Assembly (NCBI RefSeq): GCF_963921235.1
Contig: NC_086108.1
Location: 54,934,001 to 54,998,000 of the forward strand
Source of the DNA: Mobula hypostoma
Taxonomy: Eukaryota
Length of the DNA stretch: 64,000 nucleotides
Direction: 5' to 3'
A program made the translations under genes and the position numbers. The notes below the pieces were generated by a model. That model searched no databases. It was not told the DNA's origin and saw only the letters and a program-made list of their open reading frames with translations. Below, piece after piece: positions 12,155-26,449 of this stretch (positions are counted from its first letter, which is position 1; every line of letters begins with the position of its first letter).

Positions 12155-14920
12155 CTAGTCCCACCGACCTGCACTCAGCCCATAACCCTCCATTCCTTTC
12201 CTGTCCGTATATCTATCCAATTTAACTTTAAATGACAATATTGAACCTGCCTCAACCACTTCTGCTGGAAGCTCGTTCCACACAGCTACCACCCTCTGAG
12301 TAAAGAAGTTCCCCCTCATGTTATCCTCAAACTTTTGCCCTTTAGCTCTCAACTCATATCCTCTTGTTTGAATCTCCCCTACTCTCAATGGAAAAAAGCC
12401 TGTTCACGTCAACTCTATCTATCCCCCTCATAATTTTAAATACCTCTATCAAGTCCCCCCTCAACCTTCTATGTTCCAAAGAATAAAGACCCAACTTGTT
12501 CAACCTTTCTCTGTAACTTAGGTAATAAAATGAAGGTAACATTCCAGTAAATCTTCTCTGTACTCTCTCTATTTTGTTGACATCTTTCCTATAATTCGGT
12601 GACCAGAACTGTACATAGTACTCCAAATTTGGCCTCACCAATGCCTTGTACCATTTCAACATTACATCCCAACTCCTGTACTCAATGCTCTGATTATAAA
12701 GGCCAGCATACCAAAAGCTTTCTTCACCACCCTATCCACATGAGATTCCACCTTCAGGGAACTATGCACCATTATTCCTATATCCCTCTGTTCTACTGCA
12801 TTCTTCAATGTCCTACCATTTACTATGTATATCCTATTTTGATCAGTCCTACTAAAATGTAGCACCTCACATTTTTCAGCATTAAACTCCATCTGCCATC
12901 TTTCAGCCCACTCTTCTAACTGGCCTAAATCTCCCTGCAAGCTTTGAAAACCTACTTCATTGTCCACAGCTCCACCTATCTTAGTATCATCTGTATACTC
13001 ACTCATCCAATTTACCACCCCATCATCCAGATCGTTAATGTATATGACAAATAACATTGGACCCAGTACAGATCCCTGAGGCACACCACTAGTCACCGGC
13101 CTCCAATCTGACAAACAGATATCCACCACCACTCTCTGGCATCTCCCATCCAGCCAATGCTGAATCCATTTTACTACTTCAATATTAATACCTAATGACT
13201 GAACCTTCCTAACCAACCTTCTGTGTGGGACCTTGTCAAAGGCCTTACTGAAGTCCATATAGACAACATCTACCGCTTTACCCTCGTCAACTTTCCTAGT
13301 AACCTCTTCAAAAAATTCAGTAAGATTTGTCAAACATGACCTACCATGCACAAATCCATGTTGACTGTTCCTAAGCAGACCCTGTCTATCCAGATAATTA
13401 TATATACCATCCCTAAGAATACTTTCCATCAATTTACCCACTACTGATGTCAAACTCGCAGGCCGATAATTTCTAGGTTTCCTCTTAGGACCCTTTTTAA
13501 ACAATGGAACAACATAAGCAATATGCCAATCCTCCAGCACTATCCCCGTTTCTAATGATATTTGACATATTTCTGTCAGAGCCCCTGCTATTTCCACACT
13601 AACTTCCCTCAAGGTCCCAGGGAATATCCTGTCAAAACCTGGAGACTTATCCAATTTTATATTCCTTAAAAGCTCCAGTACTTCCTCTTCTTTAATCATC
13701 ATAGTTTCCATAACTTCCCTGCCTGTTTCCCTTATCTTACACAATTCAATATCCTTCTCCTTAGTGAATACCAAAAAAAAGAAATTGTTCAGAATCTCCC
13801 CAATCTCTTTTGGCTCCATACATAGCTGTCCACTCTGATTCTCAAAGGGACCAATTTTATCCCTCACTATCCTTTTGCTATTAATATAACGGTAGAAACC
13901 CTTGGGATTTATTTTCACCTTACTTGCCAAAGCAACCTCATATCTTCTTTTAGCTTTTCTAATTTCTTTCTTAAGATTCTTTTTACATACTTTATATTCC
14001 TCAAGCACCTCAGTTATTCCATGCTGCCTATATTTATTGTAGATATCTCTCTTTTTCCGAACCAATTTTCCAATATCCCTTGAAAACCATGGCTCTCTCA
14101 AACTTTTAACCTTTCCTTTCAACCTAACAGGAACATAAAGATTCTGTACTCTCAAAATTTCACCTTTAAATGACCTCCATTTCTCTATTACATCCTTCCC
14201 ATAAAACAAATTGCCCCAATCCACTCCTTCTAAATCCTTTCGCATCTCCTCAAAGTTAGACTTTCTCCAATCAAAAATCTCAACCCTGGGTCCAGACCTA
14301 TCCTTCTCCATAATTATATTGAAACTAATAGCATTGTGATCACTGGACCCGAAGTGCTCCCCAACACAATCCTCTGTCACCTGACCTATCTTATTCCCTA
14401 ACAGGAGATCCAACACTGTCCCTTCTCTAGTTGCTACCTCTATGTATTGCTGCAAAAAACTATCCTGCACACATTTTACAAACTCCAAACCATCCAGCCC
14501 TTTTACAGAATGGGTTTTCCGGTCTATGTGTGGAAAATTAGAATCTCCCACAATCACAACCTTGTGCTTACTACAAATATCTGCTATCTCCTTACAAATT
14601 TGCTCCTCCAATTCTCGCTCCCCATTTGGTGGTCTATAATACACCCCCATAAGTGTTACTACACCTTTCCCATTCCTCAATTCCACCCAAATAGCCTCCC
14701 TAGACAAGCCCTCTAATCTATCCTGCCAGAGCACCGCTGTAATATTCTCTCTGACAAGCAATGCAACACCTCCCCCTCTTGTCCCTCCGATTCTATCACA
14801 CCTGAAGCAATTAAATCCAGGAATATTTAGTTGCCAATCACACCCCTCCTGTAACCATGTTTCACTAATAGCTACCACATCATACTTCCAGGTATCAATC
14901 CATGCTTTAAGCTCATCCAC
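12155..14920 (-). pseudogene. CR1 ORF2 (AP endonuclease + reverse transcriptase), frameshifted near 12660 and 12380
   Basis: 752-aa ORF with ISETW, GVYYRPP, GDSNFP, SDH (APE) and DFSKAFDKV, GVPQGSVLGP, YTDD (RT; normally F/YADD). C-terminus continues in ORFs 12354-12662 and 12155-12388. Confidence 0.9.
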
Positions 14921-15082
14921 CTTTCTTATAATGCTCCTGGCATTAAAACAAATTCATTTAAGAAATTTTCCACCTTATACACTCTGCTTATCACTAACAG
15001 TGCAAACAACTTTACTATTTTATTTTTCTTCCTTCTTCCCTACATCTGTTCCTACACGCTTGTTCCCCTCCCCCCCCCGTAT

Positions 15083-16010
15083 CTAGTTTAAATCCACCGA
15101 AGCCTCTAGAGCAAACCTACCTGCAAGAATATTTGTCCCCCTCCAGTTCAGATGTAGACCGTCCTGCTGGAACAGATCCCACGTTCCCTGGAAAATTGCC
15201 CAATTATCTATAAATCTGAAGCCCTCCCTCCTGCACCATGTCTTCAGCCACTTGTTGATCTGTGCTATCTTACTATTTCTAAACCTACCTGCATGTGGCA
15301 CTGGTAGCAATCCTGAGACTGCTATCCTGCAGGTCCTGTCCTTTAATTTGGTGCCTAACTCCCTAAACTGACCTTTCAGAACCTCTTCACTCTTCCTACC
15401 CACGTCATTGGTCCCTACATGAACCACGACATCCAGCTGCTCACCCTCCCTCTTGAGGATACTGAGAACTCGATCCGAGATATCACGGACCTTGGCACCA
15501 GGGAGGGAACAGACCATCCGAGATTCTCCATTTCTTCCACAGAACTTCTTATCTGTTCCCTTAACTATTGAATCCCCTATCACTACTGCTCTCCTCTTTT
15601 CCCTCCTTCCCTTCTGAGTTGAGGGTCCCATGTTGGTGCCCGAGACTCAACCACTGCAACTTGTCCCTGGTAGGTCATCCTCATCAACAGTATCCAAAAC
15701 AATGTATTATTGGTGGGAACAGCCACAGGGGTGCTCTGCTCATTCTGTCTATTCCCCTTCCTTCTCCTGACAGTCACCCAGCTACCTGTCTCCTGACTCT
15801 TAGGGGTGACAATCTCCCTGTAACTCCCATGTATTTCTGCCTCTGCTTCCAGAATGATCCAAAGTTCATCCAGCTCCAGCTCCAGTTTCCTCACTGGGTT
15901 TGTCAGGAGCTGCAGCTGGATGCTCCTTTCGCAGGTGTAGTTATCAGGGATGATTGTGCTCGCCCTGACTTCCCACATCCTACAAATGGAGCACTCAACT
16001 GCCCTAACTG
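15083..16010 (-). pseudogene. CR1 ORF1 (Zn-finger/coiled-coil + SGNH esterase), one frameshift near 15700
   Basis: ECSIC/YTCER Zn-finger remnant; GDS, GTND and DGLH esterase blocks in ORF 15083-15631. Confidence 0.88.
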
Positions 16011-17779
16011 CTCTTAAGGTAATTAGATTTATTAGAGGAACTTACCCAACTTTACCTCACTTGGAGTGAAGCTCTTCCTCAGCTTCTGCTCGCCGAAGCT
16101 TCTACCAGTAGTTTTTGACACCCAGACTAATAAGGAACCTAGCTACCTCCACTTTAGATATACTCAATGACTAGGCCTCCATAGCCATTACTGGCAATGA
16201 TTTCCACAGATTCACTACCCATTGACTGAAGAAATTTCTCTTTATCTCTGTTCTGAATGTATATCCCTCTGATGTGAGGCTGTGTCCTCTGGTCCTAGAC
16301 TCACTCATTATAGGAAACATCCTCTCGGCATCCACTCTATTTGGCCTTTCAATATTTGATAGGTTACAGTGAGCTCCCTGCTCTCGTTTTTCTCCCTATT
16401 TATAAAATAGTCCACACCTTTATTCCTTCTACCAAAGTGTGTGACCATACACCTTCCTACATTAAATTCCATCAGGCACATCTTTGCCCATTCTTCCAAT
16501 CTTCCCAAGCCTTTCCAAGACTTTGACCTATATTATCATGGTCCTCTAATGCCCTGAAACTTAATCCTTAATAATGGACTCCATCATCTTCCCAGCCACT
16601 GAAGCCAGGCTAACTGGCCTGTAATTTCCTTTCTTTTGCCTCCCTCTCTTCTTAAAGAATGGAGTGACATTTACAATTTTCCAATCCTCCAGAATCATTT
16701 GAGAATTTAGTGATTCTTGAAAGATCATTATTAATGTCTCCATGATCTCTTCAGCTACCTTCTTCAGAACACTGAGGTGTAGTCCATCTGGTCCAGGTGA
16801 CCCATCTACCTTCAGACCTCTCAGTTTCCCAAGCACCTTTTCCTTCGTAATGTCAACTACACTAACATCTGTCCTTTGACACTTCCGAATTTCAAGAATA
16901 ATGTTTGTAATTTCCATCGTGAAGAGAGTCACAAAATACTTATTAAGTTCATCTCTCATTTCTTTGTCCCTGTTACTACCTCTCCAGCATCTCGTTCCAG
17001 CTGTCTGATATCTACTCTCCTTTCTTTTTTACTCTTTATATATCTGGAAAAAAACTTGATATCATTCTTTTACATTATTGGGTAGCTTGCTTTCATATTT
17101 CATCTCTTCCCTCCTTATGGCTTTTTTAGTTGCCTTCTGTTGGTTGTTAGATGCTTCCCAATCTTTTAATTTCCCACTAATGTTTGCTATATTATATGCA
17201 CTCTCTTTTGCTTTTATGCTGTCTTTGACTTTTCCTTGTCAGCCATGGTTGCCTCATCCTATCTTAAGTATGCTTCTTTATCTTTAGGGTGTACTTATTC
17301 TGCACCTTTCAAATTACCTATAGAAATTCCAGCCTTTGCTGTTCTGCCATTATGCCTGCTAGTGTCCCCTTCTAATCAACTTTGGCCAGCTCTACTCTTG
17401 TGCCTTTGTAATTCCCTTTACTCCACTGTAATACCAATACATCTGACTTTATCCTCTCTCTCTGAAAATGCAAGGTGTATTCTATCATATTATGATCACT
17501 GCCTCCCAAGGGTTCCTTTACCTTAAACCTCCTATCAAATCTGGTTCATTACACGACAGCCAATCCAAAATTGCCTTTCTCCTAGTGGGCTCAATCACAC
17601 TGCTGTAAAAAGCTATCTTTTAGGCATTCTGCAAATTCCCTCCCTTGGGATCTAGCACCAACCTAATTTTCCAGGTCTATCGGCATATTGAAATCCCCCA
17701 TGACTATCGTAACATTGCCAGTTTTACAAACCTTTTTTAGTTCCCATTATAATTTGTAGCCCACATTCAGGCTATTGTT

Positions 17780-18042
17780 AACACAAAATAATCTGCAGAT
17801 GCTGGGGTCAAAGCAGCACTCACAATACGCTGGAGGAACTCAATAGGTCGGGCAGCATCTGTGGAGACGATCAGTCAACGTTTCGGGCCGGAACCCTTCG
17901 TCAGGACTGAAAAGAGAAGGTGCCGGGCTGCCCCTTCCCTCTTCAGTCCTGACGAATGGTTCCGGCCCAAAACATTGACTGATCGTTTCCACAGATGCTG
18001 CCCGACCTGCTGAGTTCCTCCAGCGTGTTGTGAGTGTTGTTT
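17780..18042. mobile_element. Penelope-derived non-coding foldback mini-element
   Basis: ~108-bp inverted arms with a ~12-nt loop; 11-bp TSD AGGCTATTGTT (17769-17779, 18043-18053). Confidence 0.85.
17871..17910 (-). ncRNA. Minimal type I hammerhead ribozyme motif
   Basis: UCAGUC-CUGACGA-AGGGUUCCGGCCC-GAAAC-GUU-GACUGA: 6-bp stem I, intact core, palindromic ACGU stem III. Confidence 0.75.
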
Positions 18043-20933
18043 AGGCTATTGTTGGAGGCCTGTACATAACTCCCAACAGGGTCTTTTTACCCTTGCAGTT
18101 TCTTCATTCTACCCGCAAGGATTCCACATCTTCTGATCCTATGTCATCTCTTTCTAAGGATTTGATTTTATTTTTCACTGAAAGCCACTGCACCCCCTCT
18201 GCCTACCTGTCTGTCCTTTTGATACAATGTGTATCCTTGGGTGCTAAGCTCCCAACTATGATCTTCTTTCAACCACGGCTCAGTGATGCCCACAATGTTG
18301 TACTTGCCAATCTCTAACTATGTTACAATATCATTGACCTTATTCCGTACATTGCGTACATTCAAATATAACTCCTTCGGTCCCATATTCATCAGCATTT
18401 TTGATTTTGCCCCCACGTTGCACTTCAACCCATCCCACTGACTGCAAGTTTGCCCTATCATGTGCCTGTCCTTCCTTACAGACTTACCCACAAGGATATT
18501 GATCATCCTCGGGTTCAGCTATAACCCACCCTTTTTGCACAGGTCGTACTTGCCTCAGAAGAGATCGCAAACAGTCTGAAATCTGAAATCCTGTCCCTTG
18601 CACTACTTCCTCGACCATACATCATCTGCCAAGTCATCCTATTCTCACCTCTGCTAGCACATGGCACCAGCAGCAATCCAGAGATGACTAAACCTGGGGG
18701 TGCTGCTTTCCAGTTTTCTACCTAACTCCCTATATTCTCTTTTCTACTTATGTCATTACTACCAACATGTACCATGACTTTTGGCTGCTCGCTCCAGCAC
18801 CCTTAGAATACTGTGGACCCAATCCAAAATATCCCTGACCCTGCATCTGTGATGCAAAATACCGTCCGAGTGACTTTTTCACATCCACAGAATCTCCTGT
18901 TTGCTTCTCTAACTGAGGGAAGGGTGATATCTCTCTTCCAAATGAACATGATATGAATTTTATTTCTTCAGAACTATTTCTAATCTATCTGGAATTCAAA
19001 AGCAACAGAAGTTATTGGTTTAATACCCTGCTCTCGTCCAACACTACATCACTCTGCTTCTCTTTCCTTCCCTTCTGAGCCACAGAGCCAGACTCGCTGC
19101 CGAAGACCCTATTGCAGCGCTTCCTCTGATAGATCATATCCAAAGTGGTATACTTAATTTCGAGGGGAATAGCCACAGGGTACTCTGGACTGGCTGCCTA
19201 TTTCCTTACCTTCCCTGGCAGTCACCCACGTATCTGCCTCCGGAAGCTTCGGGGTGACTGCCTCTCTGTAGCTCCTATCCTCACCTTCTCATTTTCTCTT
19301 ATGACCTGAAGGTCATCGAGCTGCAGCTCCAGTTCCTTAACACAGTCTCTAATGAGCTGCATCTAGATGCACTTTGTGCAGGTGTAGTTATCAGGGAAAC
19401 TGGAGGTCTCTCAGAGTCCTGACATCGCAGACGAAGAACATACCATTAACTCAGGACCCATTCTCCATGCACTGTGTAACAATAGATGGTGGGGGGGAAG
19501 AAAATGTACTTGAATTTTACTTTGAACCTCCATCTGTGCTGCCTAAGCCTGTTCTCGCTAAAGCCTCCCTCTCTACCACTGTCCCATTCCAACAATGACC
19601 GCTCTGCTTTCACCTCCCTTCTTTTTATTGGCTCAAATAAAACTCTCTCCCAAGTGAAGGAGGTTAAAATGAGTCAAATCTTGTGAATTGAATTTTACTA
19701 TTTGTGAGTCAGGCTTAGGTGTATTTATGATCTGTAAATTCTTAAATATAATCAACCTTTGTTAATAAATGCATCCCATCTGCCCATCATGAACATTCTT
19801 CTTACACTTGTTACCCTTCCCACCTCCCTGTCTTTATGCCATGCTCCCCATTTTCTCCTGTCAGATTTCAACATTGTCAGCACTTTGTTGCTTCTACCTG
19901 GCCCTCCCAAGTTCTGGCATCATTCTCATTTTCTCCCGTCCCCGTCTGTTCACCACCCATGCTCCTAATCCAGATCCAACTATCACCTCCCAACTCTTGA
20001 TCCATGCCTTCACCTTATATACTGGCTATCTACCCTCTGCCTTTCACTCCAAATGACCCTAAACATTGTCCATTTCCCCCCACAAGTGCTGCCTGATCCA
20101 CTGAGTTCGTTTTGTGTTGCCCCAGATTCCAGCATCTGCAGTCTCGTGTCTCCATTGATCCTAACCTGTTCCTTTTCAAAAATAGTTTCCTCACTCCCAG
20201 TGTTTTTGGAGGTAGGTTGTTTGTTAATCTTTTTGGACCAAGAAAAGTAATGGATACAATGGATAAAAGTCATTGGGTATATTTAAGGCAGAGCTTTATA
20301 GATTTGTGATTAGTTAGGGCATGACAGGATATAGGGAGAAAATGGGAGATTGAGGCTGAGAGGGAAATGGATCTGCCATGATAAAATGGTGGAACAGACT
20401 CAAAGGGCCAAATGGCCTAATCCTGCTCTTATATCTTATGGTTTTATGGATTTATGGATATTGATTTTCATGAAAGAATTACCATGGAGCTATATTTCAA
20501 TCAAAATAGAAATTTAAGAAGATGCCCATCAAAAGTAGAAAGCTTTGCCCTGGTCTAATAAGAAGTATTCTGAACTGTATTCACCAAGATAATGAAAATA
20601 CAACAACTCTGCCTATTAAGTAAGAATCAGATACATCATGTGCTTAGTCAGGAACATGAAACACCTAGAATACTGGAGACTGTTTGTTGCAATAGATTTT
20701 GAGTGAACTGTAAGGTGTCTTCATCATTGCTCCGTACATTAACAGAAGCATATTTGATGTTAGACTTTCATCATATCAGTCATGTTACTCCCTTAGGGGA
20801 AGGTGATTGATGTCACCAGCAGATGCCCTTTGTGCACATGTTAGCATTGTACTGTATATGAGTGAAATTTTATAACTTCATTGGAGATGGTTCCCACTGA
20901 GGGAATCCAGCTAATGGTGGAAATAGGAAGTTA

Positions 20934-21676
20934 CACTCAGAGGCCACTTTATTAGGTATGTCCTGTACGTTCGTGGTCTTCTGCTGCTGTAGCCTATCCT
21001 TTCAGGGTTCGACGTGTTGTGTGCTCGGAGATACTCTTCTGCACACCACTGTTGTAATGCATGGTTATTTGAGTTACTGTCAGTTTCTGACCATTCTCCT
21101 CTGACCTCTCTGATTAACAAGGCACTTTCGTCCACAGAACTGCTGCTCACTGGGTGCTCTTTTCTGCTTTTAACACCATTCTCCACAAACTAGTGTGTAA
21201 AAATCCCAGGAGATCAGCAGATTTTTCACACAGAGGGTTGTGGTTCTGTGGAATGCTCTGCCTCAGAAGGCAGTGGAGGCCAATTCTCTGGATTTTCTCA
21301 AGAAAGAGTTAGATAGAGCTCTTAAAGATAGTGGAGTCAAGGGATTTGGGGAGAAGGCAGGAACAGGTTACTGATTGTGGATGATCAGCCATGATCACAG
21401 TGAATGGCGGTGCTGGCTCAAAGGGCCGAATGGCCTACTCCTGCACCTATTGTCTATTGTTTTGAGATATTCAAATTACCCTGTCTGGCACCAACAATCA
21501 TTCCACTGTCAAAGTCAATTAGATCACATTTCTTCCCCATTCCAATGTTGAAACGGGATCTCTTGATCATGTCTGCAAGCTTTTACACATTAAGTAGCTG
21601 CCACATAATTGGCTGATTAGATATTTACAATTACAAGCAGGTGTATAAATGTATCTAATAAAGTAGCCACTGAGTG
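20934..21676 (-). mobile_element. Non-autonomous Tc1/mariner element containing a CR1 3' fragment (21221-21460, +)
   Basis: TA|CACTCAGAGGCCACTTTATTAG ... CTAATAAAGTAGCCACTGAGTG TIRs; transposase HTH remnant (GYSSRRP). Confidence 0.8.
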
Positions 21677-23254
21677 TCAATCTACTCCGACCCCATGACA
21701 GATTATCCCCCACTTTCTGAGCACATTCAAATACATGTGATCTGTATCTAAACTCTCATTCTCCCACTTGCATCTCATCCTGTCCTGGCACCCTTTACCA
21801 ATGCACTGCCAGTCCAGCAGTATCACTATTTTAGAATGTGTATCCACTTTTCAGAGCTGCCAATGAATTGCTTGGACCATGCTAGTTAACATGAAGTGAC
21901 AGCTCTTCAAAATCTCTACATTGCTTCCATTCGCTACCCACCTCAGCTCCCATAACTGTATCATCTGTAAGCTCTGCCCTCAATATTTCTTTCCCTAAAC
22001 ACCTCAGTTTCTTCTCTTTCAAATATTCTTTGAAGCTTGAGTCTTAGAAGCCATAGGTCCTTATGAATGAGAAGCCACTTCAGCCCGTCAAGTCCATGCT
22101 GTCTCACAGACCAATCCCATTCTCTATTAATTTTCCCCATAATCAGTTCTCTCAAGTTTATAGTACAGTCTTTGCTGCTGTATCAATCTGCAGCAAAGTA
22201 GACACAGTAGTACAAATGACATGGAGTGAAACTATAATTCGGTAGTGCTGGCAGGTGCATAACAAATAAATATATTTTAATCAGAATATTTCTTCTCAGG
22301 TATACAGTGGAGTAATTCTTTGAGATGAACGCTTTCGATCGCATATGCGCTGATCTTATCAGCTTTGCAGATTATTCCCCTTTCATGATATTATTCTCCT
22401 TGAGGGTATGTCTCTTTCCACTGTTCACGTTTATGGAGGACTCCTACTTTAATGATGTTAAACACGACAACATCTTGAGAGTCTGACGTTACTTTATTTG
22501 TTTTTGATATGTTATCCTTGCTTCAACATGTTTCAATCTCTAAATTTTATGGATTGCTCAGAGGGCATTTGGTCTATATTTGCTTGGGATATTGCCTGTG
22601 GAAAATTTATGCCACTATCATTTTGTTCAGTATAGCATTGCCTGAAAGAAAATGACATTGGGTTGTAAATGGTACCATATAAATGTAAGACTTTTCATTA
22701 TTATACATTACATGTGGATTCCTACATTAGCAAAAATCCTTACTTTCAGTGGAAGAAGACAGAAAAGTGTTGAGTTGAAGAAAATCTGGAGAGAAAAGAA
22801 TACAGTAGTTAAGAATTGGATTTCTTCTGAATATTTCTGACAAAATGTTAAGCGTGATTATGACTTTTAAAATTTATATGTTCCTTAGGAACCTTGAAAC
22901 TAAGATAGGTATAGATTCGACAGAATGGGATAACATAAGTTGAAGCCCTGAAAAGATGATGGCTAATTCAAGTTTGATTCTTCAAGGGTAAATAATAACA
23001 ATGCAATTTGTTTGGAGTCAGACATGAATCATTGTTCTTAATTGAGCTGAAGATATAATAGAGATTCACAGATAGCAATGTGGAAACTATTTCTCAAAAA
23101 CCCCTTCCAATCATTAAATTAATATATTCTGCCTGTTTTCCAGAAACTCAAGGATCTTTTACCTTGTGTGTTTCAATGTGTTGATCAGTGCTCTTTCACT
23201 TTTAAAGTGCCTTTCCACAAGGACTTCACCTGCCTTCATTTAGTCGGTAGTATA

Positions 23255-23780
23255 TAGGTGACAGAACAGTATACCACAGGAACAGGTAATTCAGCTCTCC
23301 ATGTCTATGTCAACGTACTGTCAATTTAAACTCATCCTGCCTGCTTACATAGTGTCTGCTCCCCTCCCCCATTCATTCCCGGTCATGTGTCTGTCTAAAT
23401 GCTTCTTAAATATAACTATCATATCTACTTCTACTTCATCTCCTTCAGCACTCTGTATGTTTAAAACAAAACCTTGCACTTCTCCTTTAAACTTTCCAAC
23501 TCTTGCCTTGAAACTATGCTCTCTATTATTTAACCTTTCCACCCTGGGGGTAAAAAAGACCCTGACTGTTTATCTTTCTCTGCCTTTCCTCATTTTATTT
23601 ACTCCTATTAGGCTGCCCCTCAGTCTCCATTGCTCCAGAAGACACAAGTTTGTCCGATCTCTCCTTATAATTAATGCACTCCAATCTAAGCAACACTGTG
23701 GTGAATCCCTTCTGCACCTTCTCTAAAGCTTCCATGTCCTTTAACTAGACAACTCATTCCTATAACAGGTCTGGCATCAC
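23255..23780 (-). mobile_element. Old CR1 3' fragment
   Basis: REHSFKARVGKFK..FKKHLDRHM ORF2 C-terminal remnant. Confidence 0.65.
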
Positions 23781-24487
23781 TATTGATAGATCTTTTTTTG
23801 TTGTATTCATCCCTCCATAATCTTCTCTGTGATTTAAAAAAATGGCACTTTATCTCTCTTTCCAACTTTTGATAAAGGATCTGAAAAATATGAAATGTCA
23901 ATCCTGTTACTTTTTTCATAAATGCTGCCTCATCTGTTAAGTGTTTCTAAAATGTTCTGCTTTTACTTCGCATTTCCAGCATTTGCATTGTATTGTATTT
24001 TGTTTAATGATGTTTGGTTGCTCTGAAGCAATTACCGTTCTCTTGAAGTATAGGGGCAGTTATGATATGGGAAACACCATGGCCAGGTTGTGCTCAGCAC
24101 AGTCTCACAAACAGCAGTGGGTCTTTGAAAAATAAATATTACATTTATAAACAACATATTGGATTTTTAATAGTAAGAAGAGGAGTATAAAAGCTAGGAT
24201 GATATGGTAAACAGGATATGATATGAAAGGTTTTGGCCTGAAATGTCAACTGTACTTTTTTCCATAGATGTTGCCTGGCCTGGTGAGTTCCTCCAGCATT
24301 TTGTGTGTGTTGCTCGGATTTCCAGCATCTACAGATTATCTTTTGTTGATGATATGGTAAATCTTTCTAAGCACTGGTTAAGTCTAAATTGTATTCAATT
24401 GTGAACATCACAGTTTTGGAAAGAAGGATGTCAAAGACTGGGAGAAGGAACAGAGAGGATTTACTATATGGTATCAGGGTATGAAAT

Positions 24488-24900
24488 AGAACATAGAGCA
24501 TAGAATAGTACAGCACAGTACAGGCCCTTTGGCCCACAATGTTGTGCCGACCCTTAAACCCTACCTCCCATATAACCCCCCACCTTAAATTCCTCCATAT
24601 ACCTGTCTAGCAGTCTCTTAAATTTCACTAGTGTATCTGCCTCCACCACTGACTCAGGCAGTGCATTCCACGCACCAACCACTCTCTGAGTAAAAATCCT
24701 TCCTCTAATATCCCCCTTGAACTTCACACCTTAAAGCCATGTCCTCTTGTACTGAGCAGTGGTGCCCTGGGGAAGAGGCACTGGCTGTCCACTCTATCTA
24801 TTCCTCTTAATGTCTTGTATACCTCTATCACATCTCCTCTCATACTCCCTCTCTCCAAAGAGTAAAGCCCTAGCTCCCTCAATCTCTGACCATAATGCAT
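24488..24900 (-). mobile_element. CR1 3' fragment
   Basis: Tail aacatagagcatagaatag and 3' UTR/ORF2 end similar to 12072-12530. Confidence 0.75.
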
Positions 24901-26449
24901 ACAAATAATCCTCAGGTGGAGAGATCAAACAAACAGTGGTTGTTATTCTTAAAATGGAAAAAGTTGAAAGGCGCTCAAATCATGAATCGGATTATTAAAA
25001 CAAGAAGAATCTCTTTCCAGTGGCAGAATTCTTGGTAGCCAAAAGACACAATCGTACAGTCTTTTCATTTAAATGCAGTAGTGTGGTTTTGTATGCTTTA
25101 CCTAAAAGGCTGTTGAAAACATCTTCATTATTAACATTCAAAACAGAATCAGACAAATAGTTCACAGGGAAAACACATGCAGTGCTGTGGGAGAAAGCGG
25201 GGTAGTGGGATTTAGTGGGTAATGGCTCTTTTACATAATAGGCACAATGGCCTTCTTTTGTGCCTATATCATTTTGTAATTCCATGGCATTGTACCAGCT
25301 AAGGGGGGGGGGTGCCCATTTCCCCTTTCCTAATAACTAAAATTGCTTTGAAACCCTTGCTTGAAATTAGCCAGAAGGTGCCCATTTTCTTATACTCCTG
25401 AAACTTGCCAATGCTAGCTCCTTTCTGTGTAGTATTAAACATATAGGTTTAGTAATGTGATTGTGAGAGCTTTACAGAATGCTATCTACAAAAGCTGTAC
25501 TATTCCCATGTCTTGGGGAAGAATACCAATGTGAAAATTGCAAATCATAGTGGAAAAAAAGTTTATGTAATTGTAATCAGATGTGTGTTCGTTATAACAC
25601 GAACATTCCGTAATCTGCTTACAGTTAAAAACAACATTTATCAAACTAGTTTTTTTTTAATATAACAGGTAGGCCTAATTAATATAAAGAAAATATATTG
25701 CAAAATAAAATTTTCCCTGGAAACAATGGTGGAAACGTTGTTCACATACTCGCTTTTAAAGGCGAAATTAATATAAATTCGGAAAAGGCATTGTCGTTAA
25801 AATTATCGACAAAACTTATAAGCTTTCTTTGAAACTGCTCAAAACTCCTGATTAGAATTTTGCATAATCTTCTGATCCGTTGTGTAGCTATGAATATTGC
25901 TCCCAATCCAAGCTATAAATGATTGATATGGGGCTTTTCCGATCCTTTCTATGGATGCTTATTAACCAACTCATTCGCAGGGATATTTGCTACCTTTTGG
26001 TCGTGCACCTGCAATTGTTCATACTTCCGTACTATGTACAGCACATACTATGTATTACACTTCACTGCCTAATTTCATTCTTTTTATTGCAGTTTCCCCC
26101 TATTATTGAATTGATTATGGATCGGGTTAAATTCCTAGTCATGTGTGCCCAACTGATGCCTACGCTCGTCTCTTACAGATCTGTTTCCTTTCCACGTTAT
26201 TGAACGGCTTCAGATGACTGACTTGTTTTTTTTTCCCTTCTCGACCTTCTCCTGAAGTGTAAATTTGCCGCAATTGATCCTGATAATACCAATCATTTCT
26301 CAGTTCCTTTGCTTTCTGCACGGTGATAGCTTAATCCCGACCTGTCAGTGTCCTTGTCCTAAACCCTCCATCGCCCATATGTTTGTGTTCATCATACCTC
26401 CTCTTAGGTATTCGACTCATGCAATTGCCCACCTCTTGCCCTCTCGGAT

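Larger units (their letters stand above)
12072..16098 (-). mobile_element. Near-full-length, relatively young CR1 LINE inserted in an older CR1
   Basis: ORF1, ORF2, 3' UTR and tail (tataactatataaccatataac). The older CR1 3' UTR (11970-12071) resumes at ~16099. Confidence 0.92.
16099..19600 (-). mobile_element. Older, internally deleted CR1 (3' end at 11970-12071)
   Basis: GSPGPDGLHLSVLK and GNYRPVSL (16561-16959), APE start YLNVRNVRNK (~18330), and ORF1 remnants at 18500-19440 paralleling 15083-16010. RT core is missing around 16530-16560. Confidence 0.8.
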
